NCBI RefSeq assembly: GCF_964204645.1
Contig: NC_134026.1
Coordinates: forward strand, 62,001 to 126,000
Length of the DNA stretch: 64,000 nt
Direction: 5' to 3'
From: Tubulanus polymorphus
Lineage: Eukaryota; Animalia; Nemertea
Shown: positions 1 to 52,500 of the stretch, piece after piece
Numbering within the stretch: the first letter of the stretch is position 1
Layout of the letters: each line of letters starts with the position of its first letter
Made by a program: the position numbers and the translations under genes
Notes under the pieces: model-generated
The model's input: the letters and a program-made list of their open reading frames with translations, nothing else
The model's database searches: none
What the model was told of the DNA's origin: nothing

Positions 1-483
1 ATCAATTTGTAAATTCTATTTATGCCTCATTATCGAAATAAAACGATCGATTTATTCGATTCAATTCAATTCAATTCATTATCGAACGTTTTATTCCTAG
101 GTGCGACGTTGCGAGCGATAAACTGTATCGATGGTGACAATATTGGCAAAGTAATTTCATAGCAGCAGCAGCAATCCAATTACTAGCGATTTAAACTGTG
201 GATCTAGAGACGATCTGTTTGATCTAACGCGTTATCGTCGATACCACCAAGTCTTACCCCACCTTTATCTTTGAACTCTCCGTCAAATCGGGTTTAATTG
301 AAATTGTAAGACGCGCGACGAAAAACGGTTTCAGCTATAAATAAACAGCGGAGTTTAAGCAGCGCCAAGTTTTGAAATGTCAAATGCGCGAATAGAAAAA
401 AATTACAAGATTGTAGATTGTTTGAATCGTGGAGCATTTACTGTCGCATCCAGGGAATCAATGTTCACGTTTATACGTTCGTA

Positions 484-605
484 CTCGCTTACCAGGGTTT
501 GATCATCCCTATTCTTACCGGAGCTCACTCCAAACTTGGAGTAATCAGACTGATGATTACTTCAACAAACTCCAACACAGGTCGCGCCAAACCCTGGCAA
601 GCGAG
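484..605. repeat. Short element bounded by an 18-bp inverted repeat (MITE-like)
   Basis: ctcgcttaccagggtttg ... caaaccctggcaagcgag (1 mismatch). Confidence 0.6.
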
Positions 606-975
606 GTTGAAGACATAAGAATTACATCTATCCGCGACGACAGAATATTAGAAATTAGCCTTTAATTGAATTATAGATGATCAGAATTCGGTGGTTATTA
701 ATCCGAAGCATTGCTTGCTGGCCATGTGGTTTACATAATACATTACAGCATTCTAGAAATTATAGACACTGTAACCATATGAGGCGATGATGTATGTTAC
801 AGTCATCATTCGCTTGACTCCCAAATCAAATTACATATCATTAACTATCATTTGCACGTAATACATTTCAAACTAGCCATTAGTAACTAGAGACGTTTAT
901 CGCGACAGTGTTGAAAAGTCTTTGATTCAGATGAAAGAAGCCTCTATTAGAAGCTCAGAATTAAGAGAGCAATGC

Positions 976-1093
<118 letters not shown>

Positions 1094-1227
1094 CCACTTT
1101 TCCAAGTCTTAGATGGCTTTAGGAGCGAGTTGTTTTACCGCGTACAAACCTCGAGGCTAAATACCCATCAACGTTTTTACGAGAAGCAGCGTAAAAAAAT
1201 AAAAAAAATCTTTGATTTTCTGATCGT

Positions 1228-1295
1228 GGAGAGAGAGAGGAGAGGAGAGAGGAGAGGAGAGGAGAGGAGAGGGGAGAGGAGAGAGAGGAGAGACA
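1228..1295. repeat. GA-rich (GAGAG)n low-complexity tract
   Basis: Direct inspection. Confidence 0.85.
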
Positions 1296-2429
1296 GGCGC
1301 GCATGGGTTTTTTTATTCTCGGATATCGAATGTTAATGTTATACATTACATCGAGTGATGAGAAAAATGATGTCTTTTCTCTAATGAAACTAATTAAAGC
1401 TGTTAATTGTTCCTTTATTCAGCGACTAATGCGATGGTAATGGTGATTTTTGATGTATTAATGGAATGAAGTTGGCTGAAAGCAACATTCCTACAGTCGG
1501 AACATACAATCAGGCACTTTCAAGCAAAAAACTCCATCTTTTCCATTAGCAAAGGTTTGACTATTTCTCTTTGATGCGATAATTAAGTTTTCTGACACTG
1601 ATTTCCAGTGCCGTATAGTACCACGGGCGAAGTAAGCATAGACCGAACAAACAGCGAGTACGGGACACGCGAAAAGGCCAACAGCAAACGAGCGCTAATA
1701 GCATGAAATCTGCCTTATAACTCACAAAATCAAATTTCATCCACATCCAAGATATGCTTTCTTAATAAAGTAATACCCGCTTTCATCGATACCGTCTGAT
1801 GTCCAAAAACAAGATCGACATTTACCGGTGGAATGTCATCGAGGCGCGTCGCAATAATTCCACGCGTTTTAACTGTTCTTCAGAAATAAAGAGTTTGAAT
1901 TTCATACATGCTCGGCGTCTCTTTCACCGACAGCGTCGTCATCGATTCGTGGAGAATTGAAATTTTCTTCCGTTAAAATTTGATTAGGTGATGTAACGTT
2001 TCCCTAAGGTGTATTGGTAGATGATATTGTTTACCGAGTCACTGATATTCCTCAAGTGAAAGACTAAATTCACTACTATTCACTGAGCTGTGTATAAGCG
2101 ACGATCGTACAGACATTGCTTTATTAGTTTCACTATCCTTGTCGGTATTTGTCTTGGTGAAAGTGTCTTACAGCAGCGGCGGCGTGCGCGCGTACCCCGC
2201 CGAGTTTTCTCTCAATAACAGCTGCCTGGATATTACTCTTCCGGGACCCGTTTTAACGCGGTTGATTGTCGAGACTTACAGAGAAGTCTCTCAATCTTTA
2301 AACCAATAATGAGCGCTATATCTATATATATATCTAACACTACTTATTCTTATGATCCAAATACTGGCCAGCGCCTGGACCAGATCCGAGACAAATTTAG
2401 CCCGTGTTTAATGGGGAACTCCTGGCCTG

Positions 2430-2488
2430 CTGTGGCAATCGAGAATTCCACGCATGGCAGGCGAGGATCCACCAGGTTCGCTAGTGGT
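2430..2488 (+). repeat. Dispersed ~60-bp repeat, solo copy
   Basis: Similar to the 62791-62992 units and to the reverse complement of 19634-19692. Confidence 0.7.
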
Positions 2489-3403
2489 CTTCGCACGGTG
2501 GAACTGAAGGAACATTTGAAATAAATATCGAGGAGTGTCGAAGAATGAACCACTGTTAAATAGTCAAGGAGAGCGGTGGATTGGTTTTTGATAAAAAATG
2601 ATTAATTCATTCCGCCAATTACAATCCGAAGTTGGTAATAATAGATATACAATTGAGTGCTCAAAACGCGCAGTGAAGTATGTGTGCTGCAAGTAATAAC
2701 GTGTAATGAGAATTGCGCTGTAATATTAAGAGTTCGCTATGTAAATATTTCCATGTCTTGTATTCATTATTAATAAGAACATTTCTACACTTCAATCTCG
2801 TCTGAAACTATATGAAATAGATACAATTCATTTCGTTATGAACTGACTGGTTTTTCATATAGAGTTAAGTTCGTTGAAGTAGAATCTTTTTAGAACTTGC
2901 CCGACATATCGTGAGAGTCTGACGGGCTTTAACTGTAGTTCACGCCTATACCGAATTATCGAGATCATTTCTATCGTGTAAGCATCAAATAAAACTACAG
3001 TTCTAAAAACACGAGAATTACTCTACTTCACGTGGCCCTTTCTCATCGCCGTTACGATTCATATAAATATTTGATGTACGAAATTCATTAATTCGGAAAG
3101 TAAGAAAGACACCGTGGGAATAGTTGATAGAGAAACCACGCGTACTGCCGGTTCTTTATCATTTCATTTGACGGAATTAATAAAGAAAAATCGTCACTTC
3201 CCAAATGGGAAAAAATAACGATAAAATTCTGCGGTGCAATTCAAGGATAAGAAATAGTCGACGTACTCTAACGATAGCTCAGGGAATATATCACTATCTC
3301 TCCAGGACAGAATGAAACATATTATCATTAACTTTCACAATATTGTAATCTGTTATGAAATAATGAAACAAAAGAAGCACAAGGCGTAATATTAACGAGA
3401 TAC

Positions 3404-3438
3404 CAGCAGCAGCAGCGGCAGCAGCGGCAGCAGCAGCA
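3404..3438. repeat. (GCA/GCG)n trinucleotide tract
   Basis: Direct inspection. Confidence 0.85.
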
Positions 3439-4440
3439 GTAACGAAACGACAGAAAAATCGTCTTATCATCAGAGTGTGCACATCGCAAATAGCTGCGAA
3501 ATTCTCAATTAAGGCAAAATGCTTCCTTAAATTAGGCCTGAAATGTTTAATATTCTCGAGCACATGAATTCGACGCAATAGCCGCGTCTAGTAATGAACA
3601 AACGTTTCTTGTTGCGTTCAGTTTCTTCGAATATCAAATTTCACAAGAAGCAAAAATATTGGCGGCAATAAAGACCTTCTATGAAAACGTCGCAAATTAC
3701 AATTTTTAATTTGTCGACTATCAAATGTCGCTCGTAGTTGTAAAGGCGCTATGTACAATGAGTCTGGACGAGTTGACGAAGTCGATAGGAAACAATTCAC
3801 AAAGAAACTGAAACTCGTTTCACCGAGAACCTTCAGGGTACTATACTGTATTAAACCAGCGTTGACGTGGCGACGACCAATTGGGAAACATTTAATTTAA
3901 AATAAAGGATCCAGTTTCACAGTTTGTCGGTTGAAGTTAAAACAGATTCGTTATCAATGTTTTACTTTAGCTCTAGAGTTAAATTAACACAAAACTTTAG
4001 AAACTCTGGAAACGAATGGACGTAGAATTTCACAAATATATACAAATAAAAACACTGGTGCTACTATTCAATGTATTCAATTCATGCCAAATCAATCTTT
4101 TTTTCAAACCCCGGTGGCGACAGATTTTCTTGGAGATTTTCGAAGGTATCTTCTCTGGTCTCTCCCCCATTGGGAAAAAGAAACATGGAACCCGCTTAAA
4201 ATGCCCTGCGTGGCGCTTAGCGGGTTGAAGTAGCCCTGGGGCTTAGCGGGTTGAGGGTGTTAAAAAAGAAATATGTATTTTGAAGATTCCTACAACCGTG
4301 AAAACAAAAACTTCAATTTGAAAGTTGCCGCACATTCCGCAGTGTATCAGTTGAAAATTCAACTCAAAAATTTATCTTATTTTCAATATTTAACTGCTTT
4401 AAGTGGAACTGGATCCCGCGACGATGTTTCCAATATTTAC

Positions 4441-44783
<40,343 letters not shown>

Positions 44784-46332
44784 GTTGTTCGTGCGCTACT
44801 TGTAGTAAGTTCATCTTGTATTATATCCATATTTAACGCTTGTGAAAGCCGTAAAACTCGTATACAACGACATAATTATAACAGTACGATCGATGAGTCA
44901 TTTCATGTTTATAATTAACTAATCCCAGCTTTCGTTGTTTCAAGATAAAACTCTCTTTATGTTCGGTGTGGGTTTATTTGGTCGCGATTTCACATATTTC
45001 TCTAAGTATTCCGCTGGTAGTACACAGTACGTTCTAAGTGGGCACTATGTAAAATGCTCAGCGCATTGAGCGATGCTTTGATAAACTGTTTTCCCTGCGG
45101 CTAGTCGCGCACTGATTGGATGGTACCGTCTACAATAATAGCAGATGGCGTAGCTGCATTTATCGTCTCTCTCGATCGTGCGTCGCGTTTCGTGTCGATT
45201 TTCGAGTCGTCTACGAGAAAAAGATGGATAAAAATGCGCTCTAATACCGGTACAGTGTCCATCCGCTGGTGGATGAGATTGAAGAACCAACAGCTGTGAA
45301 AACAAACAAACCACAGTAAGAAAAATAAATGAACAACTAGAAATCCGTATATTGATTAGTAGTATTAGATTAGGCGAACGGTTTGAGGTCGTTGTCCAGC
45401 GCCTTTCACGCCTTACCATTTTTTGGAACTTGATAGCCCTACAATTGTTTCCTTCGCAGAGAACGTCCAAATTATAGTTTCCTATCAATCTTCCTCGAAT
45501 TCCGAACGGTCATCAAAATCCCAGGACCCAAATCAACAGTCGTAAGAGTTAACTCCATAATTAAATTTAGACTTCAATAAGTCATCATTAGCAGTTATTG
45601 GCTTTAGTCTGTTTTAGATCAATGGTGCATATGACCTCAGTGAGTGAATAGTGATCAAACACTCGACTGTAGAAACGGATATTAACTCGACAAAGTAAAC
45701 TACAAACCAACAAACGAAGACGACTGGATCTTGTAGAAATTTTCGTATAAAAACGTTATGTTTATTATGCAACATTTAACTGTACAAAGCACCCCCTGCG
45801 CGTACTACACGTTTCAGATACACTTTCACTTCTCGACACCCCTAATGCGAGAATTAAGAAAACATTATGCTTGATTTTATAGTAAGTTTTAGAGTTAAGA
45901 ATGTTAAAATATTATGCACAAAATGTATTATGTCGTCGAATTATGTCCTAAAAATGTCCAGACATTATAGAATCAAAATATCATCTAGAAATAGGAAGGA
46001 TCTCCAACCGCGGACTAACTGAAGTTTAACTTCGATTTATAAAGTTCGTTATCAACGATTCTGATTTTTTCCAGCGCGCACTCGGAGGTCACCGAACGAA
46101 TATAAAATAAATCTTCTTTTTAAAAACAGAATTTACACAATAGTGAACTCACAAACGGCGTCGCTGTTTGCTGAAGGCATCGAGTTTATTGAAATGCCCA
46201 CTCAGTCGCGAGACCCGACACAGTCTCACATCAACTTCATTAGAATTATTAACAAATTAATGTATATATAATATATCCATATCTATATACACTCGAGTAC
46301 AGCGCCACCTACAGTTTTCGTATCGTACTATA

Positions 46333-46538
46333 CTAAGACCACGTGACAGCGTTATCTATGGTCGCGGTCAGCAGTATGTAAAACAGCGCTAAACATGACG
46401 TCATAACGGCCACTGAGTTTTTAAAACTAGACGACGCAGTATTAGCACCAGTAGAACCAGTTCCAGCAGAATATTTAGTATTTTTATCAGGAGGATGAAC
46501 AGTCGCGCTTCCCTTAGAGACAATCTGGTTACACGAGC
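46333..46538 (-). CDS. Gene A terminal coding exon (GSCNQ...SVAVMTSCLALFYILLTATIDNAVTWS*)
   Basis: tatttcag acceptor, in frame to TAG; S/T/G-rich linker then hydrophobic tail; minus-strand AATAAA at 46185-46190. Confidence 0.8.
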
Positions 46539-49500
46539 CTGAAATAAGAGATATAAGATTAATATAACACCCCTCAACGCGCCCGAGGAAGGCGACATTT
46601 ACACTCATATTTCACAATTCAAAACACTAATCTCAGCTTCAAAGGTAAAATGACTAAGTGTACGATCAACGAAACGAATTTTTGTTATAATTTTGTTTTG
46701 TTCGTCGAATTTTTTTGATTCTAGTTTTTTATCACGGTCTCAGTGACGAGTGTTTCTATTTCGAGGAATTGATACCAAGTTTTTAAGCTAGATACATTTA
46801 TACAAGGACCCCGGGCATAGATTCACAATACGATACAAAGTACCGCGAAGTGTATTGTGAATCGAGCCCCGGGTTTTATTTTAGAAATCTGAAACTTTTA
46901 GAATCAATTATTTTCAAGTGACAAAAAATCAAGACAGAATAAAATGTTTTTTTTGTTTTATAAGTAATTTGAGAATTAAATCGCTTACCAGCAGTGCCTC
47001 TCAGTTTATATTGTATCTGTTTATCAACTATGGGCGTCGTTCCCATGTTACAAGCTTTATCCAATGAAAACATAATACTATCATCCTTCTCAACAAAACT
47101 CTGAAAAATAACCAAACAGAATCAAGTGAATGAAAATAAAGTTCGACAAGAGTTTCATTTATTCGTATTGCATTGAAACAGTGAATTCGGGGATTCGAAC
47201 CAACAATCTTCTGAAGTGTACGATGTTGATTCGCGTTTAAAGTAGAATGTTGCCGCTATCCGGACTAGGGCATAGTACACCTTAATTTGAATATTCGGTG
47301 GACAAATTCGAATACTTACAAAACAGTTGGCTCCACCGCCTCTCGATCCAACCTTCTTAACGATGACGTAAGTTGTTTTATTGTGTGACCAACTACTCAA
47401 ACATGTTAGACTAGAATCTATAAATATAAATAAAAATAAGAATGACTTTTAGATTTCAAATAATTGTTGCCTCCAGTATTTCAGTGTTGTACAGTCAAAT
47501 TTGACTCAAAAGTCAAAATGAGTTCATTCGTTTCATTCGTTTACAACGGCTTCAGGCGCCTGGATCCAGTTCAATAGTTGTGAGCGACTCCGGATTAAAA
47601 TCAGTTCATTTTCAATAAGCTGATTCCTCGTCAAATCAACTGTGGAACTTGGACCTGGATATCATAACTTTTTGCTTAAAATGAAAATGAGATTTAGATT
47701 TTACCCGTAGATACAGCATTTACACCAGAGTTCATTTGTTATCATTGGGCCGAAAAATTAACAACACTCTATAAACAGTTCTGCAGGAAAAATGTGAGCA
47801 TATCTACAACATATTCTACTTAATATGTATCGTTTTTGCGTAATACAAATAAACAGCAGTCGAGATCAGGAATCCGTCAGTAAAATATGTATCGCATGTG
47901 CGCAATGTGTGTGTGTGGAAATAAATAATTATCGGATGCGAATCTTTGATCGATGAATCATAATGAGAATACTATCGCGTGGAACAAACTGAAAATAGTT
48001 ATGAATCTCGTTTGAAACACGGAGCGCCGATGTCTTCCAAATGTTTATGCTATTCACGCAGAATTTCAGGTCATCTTTCTTAGTTTTAGTTATATTGAAA
48101 TGAATACATATTGCGCCTGTATCTTAGCGATGAATCACGCCGCGCAGCCGCCAGTTTTCAGCGCTCGAATGTTCGATGAAATCAAAACCTACCACAAATT
48201 CACAGTATGCGATATTTATGATTTTATGACGAGGCAAACATCCTGCGTCGGGATGCGAATTTAGACTGAAAATAATTGCTTGTTTTGTCAGCCATGTTTT
48301 TTCATCAAGTTAATGTAATAACAATGGCGGATTGATTGAACCACGTGAGGGGGTGTTGCGCCGATAATAGGATATGTTAATCATTTTATCCATTAAATCG
48401 CGGTATCGCCCGTACAGGAGACCGCGCTGTTTTCTGTAACAACAAAAACATCCATACGTGAATATTTAAGGAATGTAACCGGGGCCACCCTTACAGTGGA
48501 GATTTACAATAACATAGACGAGAAACATTATAACCAGTCATCTTTTCAAATGAAGAAAAACATGATCATTCGGTGTCTTCGGTTTCTGTAAATGTCAAAT
48601 CGGTGTAAATTTCAGTCAGAAATAAGAATCGCTTTTGTTGTTTGTGTTTGGGATGAATCATTACGAATTAATAATAGAATCGTTGAAAAAGATATAAAGG
48701 TTTGGCTTTCTGAGAAGGCGTAAAAAACAAACCTGATATTATTGAAGAAGGGCACGTTGAAAGTTCTACTTTGAGATGACTGGAATCTCCGCAACCACTG
48801 GAGAACGTACTGCGGCAAGTAGGGTTGTTAGATTGACTGATCTCAACGTCATAACGACCATCAAACGGGCATCGATTACCGGTTAGTTTCGTCGCTACAA
48901 TATAAAACAGTCCGGTTTCATTTCAAGACAAATCTCATGAGATATTCGACATTACTTTTCCATAACGCCGCTACTTCTAAATTCTAATTCTTTTTTAAAA
49001 TGAAATATGTGTTCAGTGCAGATTCAGTTAATCTCTATATCTGCTGACGTTTGAAGCCTCGAAGAACATGACATTCGTCTAATGTTCCTTTGAACTACCT
49101 TTTTGTATGAGATATAACTTTGTCTCCCCCGAGAAACCTAGAAATCACAAGATTTTGCGGACGACAAAAGTCCATAACTAAAACTATATTCATAGAATGA
49201 ATATACTCGCTATTTATGTGGATAGCTGTGTATCTGGAGGGATAGCTGTGTATCTGGAGGGATAGCTGTGTATCTGGAGGGATAGCTGTGTATCTGGAGG
49301 GATAGCTGTGTATCTGGAGGGATAGCTGTGTATCTAGAGGGATAGCTGTGTATCTGGAGGGATAGCTGTGTTATAGAGGGATAGCTAGGTTCCCCGATTT
49401 CACAGTGTCGGTTTAAAGTAATTGGTCTCTAAAGTTAAGACATCATAAATGAACCCTATAGTCTAGAACTCAAGAATTGAATGCAGGTTCTTCAATCAGC

Positions 49501-52500
49501 TGCATCTTTACGATTAATGATGGTATATGCTATCAATAAATGTGATTTCTAGTATCGAATTGAAGGACGATTGATTGAATATCGCTGTTTTTACATTACT
49601 TACGAATAAGTAGATTTTTTGTGCCGCGTCTGAATTTTCCTTCATCGCAAATATCTCTCAAAGAGCTGCTGGGACGTCCTGGAATTACAATCAACAATTT
49701 GAAAATGAAGAAAGTTTTTGAGAGTTGGGCCAAAACGACAAATTCTAATCTAGTTTTTTTTCATTATATTATGGGTTTGTCAGACTATGGAAACCATGAA
49801 GGTAATTGAATTGACTTGAACGGCTGCTGTTGAAAGGAATGCTTTAGTCGGTTATCACGATTTCTAAACCTCTTACAGTCACTAATAATCTAGATATCGC
49901 TCTCATGAATTTGTTGATATGTTTCCTGGTATAAATGTCGGTAGGTTCTCAACAGCACTTCAATGTTATTTACTGTTGCTGCTTTCATTCTAAGTACTGA
50001 TGATACATAATACATACCAATAGTTCTTATATTAGACGACTTAACTACGTTTTTTTTAAACAGAAAACCAGTTATTCATAATGATATAATATAATTTTGC
50101 GGATGGGTCTAATTTGTGATTTCACCGAAATGAAATGAGAGAACGATACATTTTTCACCGAAAGGAAATTTTTGAAATCAAAATAGAAGCGTAAAATACA
50201 GGAAACTCTGTCATGTGGACCTCATTCGCGTGACGTCACAGCCCGTCATATTGACCGTCAATGCGTAAGCGAGTGAGTGAAAAAGGTATAGATTGTGACG
50301 GCCGTTTTACGTCCAATCTGACGCGTGTGTAGGTCCTACAATACTTGTGACGTCTGTGAATAATATCTATAATTGTCGATGTTCAAATCTAAAGTTTAAT
50401 CATGATTTTTTATTTAATCACGAATCCTAAAAGGAAAAAGTTCCGTTTTACAATCGATGATTCATTCTTTACGCTTTGCTGCAGCGACGATTCGCGTCAC
50501 GAAGTAGCATTTTATCTTTCTTTGAATAGATGTCGCCTACATCGGTTCAGTTACACATTTCACATTTACCTCGATGAAACTCGACGACCTCAACACTTCG
50601 CTGGAATATTCTGATACACTGGTATTTAGTTTCACTACAAGTAAAAAAACAACAATACATTTGAATCAACGATATTAAAGTGTGTTCGCGGTGAGTGATA
50701 TCGACTCATTACAATCTATCATTTCCAAAAGAAAGCGACGACTATTGAGTCGAAATGAGTTAAAGTTTTTATTCGCTTTGATGACATCGATTAAAGCCGA
50801 TTGAATCTCTCGGTATCAACGGTATCAAAGCGATACACGATACTGCAGTTAACTTTTCATCAAACGACGCGACAACAGTTTCAAAAAATCGTTCGTAAAA
50901 ACCAACTGACAAAAACAGACGAATGTAAACCGATTACTGTATAAAACACAACTCCTCTAAACCGTCGAACAACACGCTAACGTTTTATACGATAAAACGG
51001 CTGCGAGGAACATCGGAATTATTGCATGTGAATGTTGACTAAACCGCCTCAAAACGAACGAGATATCTGAATGAAATTTGTTCTGAAAACACTCGATGTT
51101 AAGATATATATCAACACAAATTTGATAATCGATAGTGGTTTATGTAAAAACACGTGTTACCAGAAAAAAAAACTATTTCGAACGTTTCACAATAAAACAT
51201 ATCATATTTACAATCGATTTCTCGGTAAATAATAACAAAAAGCTTGTTGTGTTGTATTTTTGATAATAAAAAGCTTCATTTTGTTGTTCTTTGACAAAAT
51301 AACTGTTACGTTTCACAATGTTTATTCGTATATCGTCACAGCGCGTCATTTTGGACGTAAAGTGCGAGCAATTACTGGAGTTGGCAATAAATTACCAAAT
51401 CGTATCCGAAATCGACCCTCGATGGAGGAGACTTTTAAATGTGCTCTGAAGCCTTTATATTTATATTGAGTTTTAAGATTATTTACTCTATGAAATCATG
51501 TTTTTTGTTCAAAGCGCTTTGATATCGTTCTAGATACTCGTGAATTCGAGAAATGAAGACATTGAGATTTTGAAAGAAGAATATATTGCGGGGATTAAGA
51601 GCCCTTACCATTCACTGGTCGTCGTTTCACTTATTGCTTGGAATAATTTTTCTGTCGTGTTCGGTTCATCGAGTTGATAACACTTCAGTTTATCAGTGAG
51701 TCGTTTATGAATATGATGTTGCGGTTTATGATAAACACGTATTGTTTTACTGCCGCTGTCCACGTGGTAGATTGTCCGTGACGAAAGGTCGTGCCATTTC
51801 GCGTGTTCAGCGCTCAACCAATCAGGGAATGTACAAGCCGTTTCTCGATGATTCGCAGTCGCTCTTTCTGTAAAAAAAGGTATCGTCGAATATGAATATA
51901 ATATCATAACTGAGTTTACAATACTCAGAACCCAGTTTCACAGTTGTGAGTTAAAGTTAAAATCTGTCCATTTTCACTGAGTTGACAATGAGTTAAATCA
52001 GAACTCAGAACTGTGGCACCGGGTCCTGACCGTTCTAAATTCAGTCCGTTCCATTTTAGAACGAACCAGCGACTCAATTGGTTTGCTCAATTTCAGAACG
52101 GAGCTTTTAGACCGATTCTGAAATTTATAATGGACAATTTCTTTGTGTATGAATATAGAAACTTTACTTCTGTTGAATCTAGCTGGACCAGTTATCCAAT
52201 CCAAAAACGCGCGCGAACGCGCAGTATTGATTTGGTCCATTCGAAATTGGTCCGTTCTAACGCGGCTTATGTATTATTCACTGAACACTTTGTCAGAAGT
52301 TAACGACACAAGAACGAATCCTTAAGCCTGAGAACTTATCATCAAAGGCCAGATCTAGGATTTTTAAGAATAGATGAAAAGGTCTACGACCAAAAAGCCG
52401 AGATCTTTCTTTTATGGAAGTAAAAAGGTGAAGCAGCTTCGTGTAAGCCACGGTGGATTATTACTTGAAGGACTATTCTTTCGTAAATCTATGTTTTGCA

